Origin: an uncultured Chloroflexia bacterium
Lineage (GTDB): Bacteria > Chloroflexota > Dehalococcoidia > DSTF01 > JALHUB01
Assembly: GCA_963726245.1 (NCBI GenBank)
Contig: CAVSBT010000038.1
Coordinates: 32,001 to 96,000, forward strand
DNA length: 64,000 nt
Reading direction: 5' to 3'
Part shown: positions 57,633-64,000 of the stretch, piece by piece
How positions within the stretch are numbered: the first letter of the stretch is position 1
How the letters are laid out: each line of letters starts with the position of its first letter
Notes under the pieces: model-generated
The model's input: the letters and a program-made list of their open reading frames with translations, nothing else
What the model was told of the DNA's origin: nothing
The model's database searches: none
Translations under genes and position numbers: made by a program

Positions 57633-58267
57633 AGCCCGAGCTCGTCGTCGCGCGTGACGTCGGCGGCGCCGCGGCTGAGCGCTTCATCGCGCTGGGGCCG
57701 CGCACCGTCGCTCTGGCCGGCGGCTCAACGCCGCGACGCCTCTACGAGCGCCTGGCGGCCTGTGACTTCCCCTGGCCGGAGACAGAGCTGTTTTTCGGCG
57801 ACGAGCGCTGCGTCCCGCCGGACCACCCGGACTCCAACTACCGGATGGTCTACGAGGCGCTCCTCTCGCGGGTGCAGGCCAGGGTGCACCGCATGCCCGG
57901 CGAGACCTGCGACGCCGCCGCCTACGAGGAGGAGCTCACCCAGGTGTTCGGGCCGGGGCTGCCGGAGTTCGACCTGGTGCTGCTGGGGCTGGGCGAGGAC
58001 GGCCACACGGCGTCGCTCTTTCCGGGCGATCCTGCGCTCGACATAACGGATCGGCGCGTGGTGCGCGTCGTGCGGCCGGACCACCCGCGCCTGACCCTGA
58101 CGCTGCCCGTGCTGTCGGCGGCGAAGGTCGTCATGTTCGTGGTCTCAGGGGAGTCGAAGCGCGAGGCGCTGGGCTGGCTGCTGGCGGGCGCGGACATCCC
58201 CGCGGCGCGCGTGAGGGCGCGGCGGGTCATCGTCATCGCCGACGAGGGCGGCGGGAAGGCCGCGTAG
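57629..58267 (+). CDS. pgl: 6-phosphogluconolactonase
   Basis: LAGGSTP, GDERCVP and GEDGHTASLFP. Confidence 0.93.
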   Translation: MKPELVVARDVGGAAAERFIALGPRTVALAGGSTPRRLYERLAACDFPWPETELFFGDERCVPPDHPDSNYRMVYEALLSRVQARVHRMPGETCDAAAYEEELTQVFGPGLPEFDLVLLGLGEDGHTASLFPGDPALDITDRRVVRVVRPDHPRLTLTLPVLSAAKVVMFVVSGESKREALGWLLAGADIPAARVRARRVIVIADEGGGKAA

Positions 58268-58487
58268 GCCGCAGGTGGGCGACGGTACGTGCTGACCCGG
58301 AGCTGACCTCCATCCTCTCGCCACGCGCGGCATCGGCTACCTTCGTCTCGATCAGTGAACCTTCCGAAGAGGTGCTGAACGTGGTCGCCAAGCAGAAGCT
58401 GGCCGAAGAACCGCCACTTACGGCTTGCGGGAGATGCAACCGCTCACGTCGGTCTGGAACGTGGGGCTGATATCGCCGCAGCCGTCA

Positions 58488-58921
58488 TTAACCGGCATGC
58501 AATCGTCCAGCGCATAGCAATTGTGCTGATTCGTCCCACGTCCACGAGCCAACCCGAGTGATCGGTGTGCTGTCCGCCGGTTCATTCAACGTGACCTCTT
58601 GCAGAAAAGTCCCGTCCGCGTTGAGAGTGAGCGTCCGCCGCCGGAACTCGTCCGGCTCGTCCAGTTGCATACTTGGCGACGTACACCCCGACCAGGTCCG
58701 AGCGATCAAAATGGGGCGAACACCATGCAAAAAGAGCCGCCAGAGCGAGCCCTGCAGCCACTAGGACAAGAATCCCCGCTGCTGCACACCGACGGGATTA
58801 CGCCGGCAAGCAGGAGGGAGACTGGATACGGCAAGTCGTTCAGGACTGAGATCCTGTTCCTGTCGAAGCCCGTTGTCAGCAGCAGTAATGCCCCAACGCA
58901 TAGATAAAGACCCCGGTGCAT
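58488..58921 (-). pseudogene. Fragmented gene for a possibly secreted beta-rich protein
   Basis: Signal-like N-terminus (58706..58921) and TLTLNADGTF...GSWTW (58488..58730) in different frames, with atypical codon usage. Confidence 0.3.
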
Positions 58922-58965
58922 CCTACGTCAACCCCACAACATTGCCAGGCGAGCACGCTTGATCA

Positions 58966-58994
58966 GCTCATAGTTCGACAGGCTCACTATGAGT
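58966..58994. repeat. Degenerate REP copy (TTCGACAGGCTCA-type)
   Basis: gctcatagttcgacaggctcactatgagt, the same family as 933-965. Confidence 0.65.
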
Positions 58995-59113
58995 CGAGCA
59001 CCCGGTCTGTCGAACAGGCCCTTAGGGGATGTTCAGCACGCGCTTGGGCTTGTTGTATCGGGGGCTCCCAATTCGGCGTCCTGCTTCAGGCGATCCTGTT
59101 CGGCCGCCCGCGC

Positions 59114-59519
59114 TTATTGGATCGGGGGCTCCCTACCGCCCAGGCCGGTAACGGCGGCCAGATCGTCCCAGACGGCATCGCGCTCTTCCCGCGTGATGGC
59201 GGCCCAGGCTGCCTGTAGGAAGATCGCCCGGTGCGCAAAGATGGGTTGCGACCTCCGTGCGCCGGAGCGCTCTGTTTGCCTTGGCCCGCTCCTCACAGTA
59301 CTCGATCGCTACTAGGATGGCCCGGCCGAATATCGGGTGCGGCGCATGATTCAGGTCCCCATCGAAGGAATCTTCCAGGTCCTTGTGCCATTCGCTCGAC
59401 CAGCGTACCTCCAGGGCCTCCAGGCGCTTTACCAGGGCCTCCTGGTCCGGCTCCCCGTCTAGGGCAAAGAGGACCTCATCGACGAGGCAGCCTATGTATT
59501 GCTCGATCTTGGCGAGCAT
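59114..59519 (-). CDS. Hypothetical helical protein, probably frameshifted near 59240
   Basis: GAAGGAG RBS. The protein-like N-part (59133..59519) continues plausibly in ORF 59114..59296. Confidence 0.5.
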
Positions 59520-59848
59520 GCTTTACTCCTTCCGAATGCGAAGCCCCTGACCAGGCAGTCGGGGGCCTGCCAGCCCGCCGGGTCCGCCAGGCGTTAGGAC
59601 CGTCAAGACAGCATCAACGGGCAAGGCCCGATCTTCGTTACAGTCCCCTCCTCTACGTGATCATCGGTCGCGACCGGCCGCCGGACTAGGGGCAAATTCC
59701 GCTCACGTGCCATTTCTGGCGGTCCTAGCGCCAGGGTCCGTGGATGGGCAACGCGATCGCCCCGGCGGGGATGCCGGGGCGATCAAGGGCCGGTGCGTTC
59801 GGCCGCTACGCCGGAACAGCTAGGGTAAAGGGGATCGCCAGTGGAGCG

Positions 59849-61295
59849 CTAGATAGAAAGGACGCGCTTGGCGAGGCTGATCTTGCCCTCGAGGTTCGCC
59901 TGACGGCCGATCATGATCCGCTGGGCGGTCGGTGGGCCGGCCCCGTGCATCGATTCGATCAGGTAGGCCACGGAGCCGGCGCCGGCGACCAGGTTCTCGA
60001 TCAGGCGCAAGACCTTCATCCGGTCGGTGACCTCGACGCCTTCCGCGGCGGCCAGGTACTTCCGTGATGTACGGCCCGGCCACCGGGTCGTTCAGGTCCT
60101 TGGCTGAGGGCATCGTGCCCAGGAGCCCGCCCGCGATGTCGGTCGCGAGGCGCGCCAGCTCATAGGGGAAGCGGGTCACGTTGAGCTTGCAGACGTTGGC
60201 GAGCAGCATGTCGATCTCGTAGTTGCCCGCGAGGGTCTGGTGCCCGAGGGCGGAGCAGGCGATCCCGGCCGAGAACATGGTCTCGTTGAGGTGGACCATC
60301 TCGACGAGCTTGTCGCGGACGTGAGAGGCGCCCTCGACTCCGTTCATGCGGGCGATGAGGGCCGTCGCGCCGATCAGGACGTCGCCGACGCCGACCTTGC
60401 AGCCGCCGTAGCTCTGCCGGTGATAGGCGGCGAAGCGCTCCACCAGCTTCCCCGACTGGTCCACCTCGCCGTCCATGAAGATCCGCTCCGTCGGCACGAA
60501 CACGTCCTCGAAGACGGTCATCACCTCCTGGCCGCCGAAGCGGACGTTGCCGACGTCCAGGTTGGGGTCCTCCAGCTTTCGGGTGTCGCTGGTCTGCCGG
60601 CCGTAGATGTAGCGGATGCCCGTGGTGTTCGTGGGGAGGGCGAAGGAGATCGCCCAGTCTTCCTCTCCCTGCCTCATGCCTATCGTTGGCATGACGATGA
60701 TCTCGTGGGAGTTCAGCATGCCGGTCTGGTGCAGCTTGGCGCCCCGCACCACGACGCCGTCGCTCTTTCGCGCCACGACACGCAGGTAGAGGTCAGGGTC
60801 CGCCTGGTCCCGAGGCCGCTTGCCGCGGTCGCCCTTGGGGTCGGTCATGGCGCCGTCCACCACCAGGTCCTCCGACTGGACACGCGCCCAGTAGTCCTTG
60901 AAGCGGCGGTGGTAGTCGGTGCCATGCTCCTGGTCGCATTCGTAGGTCACGCTGAACATCGCGTTGGCCGCGTCCATCCCGACGCAGCGCTGGAAGCAGC
61001 AGGAGGTCACGTTCCCGCAGTAGCGCTGCATCCGCACCTTGTTGATGAGGTCCTCCGTGCTCTGATGGAGGTGGGTGAAGCGGTTTATCTCCTCGCCCGT
61101 GATTGACGACCGTGCCCGGAAAAGGGGCTGGCTTTCCTTGTCATGCGCGCAGTCGAAGGTCGCCGCGACGGCACGAACGGAGGGCGTCACAAGAGGATGG
61201 TCCGGCAGCGCCCCCACCTCTTCGCCCATGACGTGGGCTTCGAGATGGAGCTCCTTCAGGGAAGCGACGTACTCGGCTCCTGTTCTCACGGCCAT
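59849..61295 (-). CDS. abfD: 4-hydroxybutyryl-CoA dehydratase (frameshift near 60065)
   Basis: [4Fe-4S] ligand motifs CFQRC and HRQSYGGC, plus GAMTDPKGDR, GAKLHQTG, and ESMHGAG in the shifted frame. Confidence 0.9.
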
Positions 61296-61430
61296 CTCCT
61301 TGTCCTCCTCTTCCCAACAAGTCCGGTGCCGTCGGCGACGCCGCCTGGTCCGATCTACGTACATTCTATCACTATTGCCAGTCAATTGTGACGATTTTGG
61401 CAAGCGGCCGGCGATGGGGATGCGCCCTGG

Positions 61431-61454
61431 AGGGGCGCAGCATGCTGCGCCCCT
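61431..61454. repeat. REP palindrome (same family as 7253-7280)
   Basis: Perfect palindrome AGGGGCGCAGCATGCTGCGCCCCT. Confidence 0.75.
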
Positions 61455-61513
61455 GCGCGGTCGGCGACTTCTGATGCCCCAGCCTTCAGGTTGGGAGTGG
61501 CATCCCGAAGCCC

Positions 61514-62770
61514 TCAGACGTAGCTTCCGATGAGTGCCTGGGCGCCGGTTAGAGCCAGCACGTCGTTGGCGCCGTCCTCGATCATCGAGGCGCGGGCATC
61601 CCTGAACAGCTTCTCGACCAGGAAGTCCTTCGATAGGCCGTAGCCGCCGAAGAGCTGGATCGCGTCGCTGGCGACCTGAAACGCGACCTCGGTGCAGTAG
61701 ACCTTGGAGGCGATGCCGTACCTCGACACCGGCGGCATCGCCACGCCGTTGTGGATCGCCACCGCCCGCGACAACTGCCTGGCCGACTCCACCTTGATGA
61801 ACATGTCGAACAGCTTCCGCTGCACCAGTTGGTGCTCGCAGATTGGCTTGCCTCCCTGCACCCGCTGCTTGCAGTAGGTCATCGCTTCCTCGAAGGCGGC
61901 GCGGGCGACGCCGGTGAAAGCCGCGCCCATCCCGCCGTTGGCGATGGCGAGGATCAGGTCCCCTGCCCAGGCGTACATCGCCGGCTCCACCAGCACGTAG
62001 TCCTTCGGGATGCGCACCTCGTCGAAGAAGACCTCTCCCTGGTTGAGGGCGCGCTGCCCCAGCTTGTTGAGCGGCTTTCCCCTCGAGACGCCGGGAAGGT
62101 TGAGGGGAACGATGGCTATGCCGCTCGAGGCCATCCCCTTCGACCGGTCGACGGCGAAGTGGACCATGGCGTGGCTGGCGATGGTGCCGTTGGACACCCA
62201 GGCGGACTTCCCGCCGCTCATCACCCAGTCGTCTCCGTCGGCCTTCGCCCAAGTGTCGAAGGAGACGCTGGGGTCGCCGGCCAGCTCCGCCAGGCTCGCC
62301 CCCGCCGCGTCCGAGCCGTGCTGCGGCTCTGTGATCGCCCAGCAGCCGATGTACTTCGCCTCCCTGTCCTTGATGTAGGGCGTCACTATGTCGTCCATGA
62401 GGCGCTTGTTGCCGGTGAGCTGGACGGACAGCAACGCCGTGGAGAAGGGCATCGCTGACGCGCCCAGCCCGATGGCGAAGTCCACCGCTCCCCAGCCCAT
62501 CTCCTCGGAGACGACGTGGGCGTCGAGGCCGCGCACGTTGGCGCCGCCGAGCTCCTCGGGCATCCCGGCGAGGTGACGCTCCAGCTCGTAGAACTTGCGG
62601 AACACGTCCCAGAACGGTGAGCCGTCCTTGATCACGTCCTGCGGGTCGGCGAGCTTGTCCAGCTCGACGCTGGCCGGCCGGGCCACCTCGGCGGCGAATC
62701 TGTGGGTTTCGTCCCTGAGAGCGATCTGCGTGGCGGTCAATTCGGGGTTCAGCTCCAGATAGGTGCTCAT
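61514..62770 (-). CDS. Acyl-CoA dehydrogenase
   Basis: WAITEPQHGSD, GGKSAWVSNG, KLGQR, RVQGGKPI and QLFGGYG...EKLFRDAR. Confidence 0.95.
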   Translation of the reverse strand: MSTYLELNPELTATQIALRDETHRFAAEVARPASVELDKLADPQDVIKDGSPFWDVFRKFYELERHLAGMPEELGGANVRGLDAHVVSEEMGWGAVDFAIGLGASAMPFSTALLSVQLTGNKRLMDDIVTPYIKDREAKYIGCWAITEPQHGSDAAGASLAELAGDPSVSFDTWAKADGDDWVMSGGKSAWVSNGTIASHAMVHFAVDRSKGMASSGIAIVPLNLPGVSRGKPLNKLGQRALNQGEVFFDEVRIPKDYVLVEPAMYAWAGDLILAIANGGMGAAFTGVARAAFEEAMTYCKQRVQGGKPICEHQLVQRKLFDMFIKVESARQLSRAVAIHNGVAMPPVSRYGIASKVYCTEVAFQVASDAIQLFGGYGLSKDFLVEKLFRDARASMIEDGANDVLALTGAQALIGSYV

Positions 62771-62970
62771 CTCGGCTCCTCTTTCGTCGGGCGGGCCCGT
62801 TGGGCTCCGTGGTCGCCTCTGCTGAATGGAGTTTGGCGCGCCGCGAGCGATGCCGCAAGCCCCCTTCGCTTTGCCCTGTCCTCTGCCTCGATGTAGAATC
62901 TAGCCCGCGGCCACGCCGCGCGCGCCAACCGAACCACGTCTTGAAAGGGCAAGGAACGGAGATTCTGACG

Positions 62971-64000
62971 ATGTCTACCAGAGATGCCTACGACGCACTA
63001 ACAGAGAGGCTGGGCTTCCCCGGCTCGGCCCGCTTGCGCGCCACGCTCGAGATGCTGATGACGCCCGAGCAGGCGAGGCTGGCCGAGGCCCTCCCCGGCA
63101 GCATCTCCGAGGTCGCCGCGAAGACCGGCGTCCCCGAGGACGACGTGCGGAAGAGCCTCGACGAGCTCTACCGCAAGGGCGTGGTGTTCCCCAAGGACTT
63201 CGCCAACCGCGATTACTATCGCTTCGCTCGCAACATCGTCCAGTGCCACGACGCCACGCAGGCCAGCCGGGACCTGGACCCCGAGAAGGACCGCGCCTTC
63301 TACCAGCAGTGGCATGACTTCTGCAACGAAGAGATGTATCCGCGACTGGCGATCATCTTCAAAGTCCTTGGCCTCACCCCTGTCCCGTGTCGTTCCCGCC
63401 TACAACGCCATCAAGGACCTGCCGCGGCGTCCTGCCCGCTGAGAACTTCCACGAGCTTCTGAAGGCCCAGGAGCTCATCGCCCTCGTGCCCTGCTCGTGC
63501 AGGATGCGGACCACCTCCATCGGCGAGCAGTGCGAGCACACCGCTGAGGCAGAGGCCTGGCACTGCCTTCAGTTCGGGCGCGGCGCCGAGTACGTGATAA
63601 GCCGCGGCTCCGGCAAGAAGCTCAGCACGGCGGAGGCCCTGGCGCTCTGCGATGCCATAGAGGAGGACGGGCTCCTCCACATGTGGCCCAACAACGCCGA
63701 GATGACCGGCGTCAACACCAGTTGCCAGTGCTGCCGCGACTGCTGCGAGAACTACGTGTCTGTGGACCAGGCGGCGATCTCTATCGGCACGACGTGGCAG
63801 AAGAGCCGCTACGAAGCCTACGTCGCCGACCTCGACTCCTGCACCGGCTGCCAGGACTGCGTCGACCGCTGCCAGTTCGACGCCATCGAGATGGTGAAGG
63901 CCGCGGGGAGCAAGAGGCTGAAGGCCGCCATCGACGCCGAGAAGTGCTTCGGCTGCGGCGCCTGCGTGGTCGGCTGCTCGCCGGAGTCCCTGAAGATGCG
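62971..64000 (+). CDS. Fe-S protein: N-terminal wHTH, Cys-rich middle, C-terminal 2x[4Fe-4S] (frameshifted around 63385-63440, 3'-truncated)
   Basis: PCSCR, CQCCRDCC, CTGCQDCVDRC and CFGCGACVVGC read from the DNA after the frameshift. Confidence 0.8.

Noticed and set aside
61470-61500. IS200/IS605-like end hairpin (gccccagccttcaggttgggag)
   Set aside because: A single imperfect hairpin with no tnpA or tnpB nearby. It cannot be distinguished from a terminator or REP.
59820-62858. 1012-aa ORF suggesting an acyl-CoA dehydrogenase-AbfD fusion
   Set aside because: Its N-terminal half is an off-frame reading of the dehydrogenase gene plus intergenic REP sequence. abfD has its own RBS and ATG at 61295.

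Overview
High-GC bacterial chromosomal segment, most consistent with an uncultured Chloroflexota of class Dehalococcoidia (inferred from gene content, not checked against a database). At least nine conserved genes carry single-base frameshifts, which points to an unpolished long-read assembly rather than mass pseudogenisation. In order, the window contains: (1-10.8 kb) housekeeping and envelope genes (nucleotide-sugar dehydrogenase, TPR-lytic transglycosylase lipoprotein, TIGR03960-type radical SAM, PIG-L, FAH, tandem nitrilase-fold protein); (10.8-21.6 kb) a dense regulatory cluster with a FliA/WhiG-type sigma factor, a degenerate Gfo/Idh/MocA protein, csrA behind a sigma-28-like promoter, two GAF kinases, two response regulators, several Zn-ribbon microproteins and a c-di-AMP (ydaO/yuaA) riboswitch; (22-32 kb) SDRs, an aldehyde dehydrogenase and an A-B-A-B array of four orphan solute-binding lipoproteins; (32.5-36 kb) a GHKL/MORC-nuclease + Vsr + C5-methyltransferase restriction-modification cassette; (36-50 kb) ilvD, a LonC-type protease, a degenerate GGDEF protein, acs, a three-gene cytochrome b6/subunit-IV-like module without a Rieske protein, and an MMPL transporter; (50-58 kb) a complete pentose-phosphate operon with a probable tal-pgi fusion; (60-64 kb) abfD, an acyl-CoA dehydrogenase and an Fe-S protein. 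Several REP-type palindromes are scattered through the window. The best candidate for an undescribed system is the 10.8-21.6 kb sigma-28/CsrA/c-di-AMP/Zn-microprotein circuit. The Rieske-less cytochrome b module is second.
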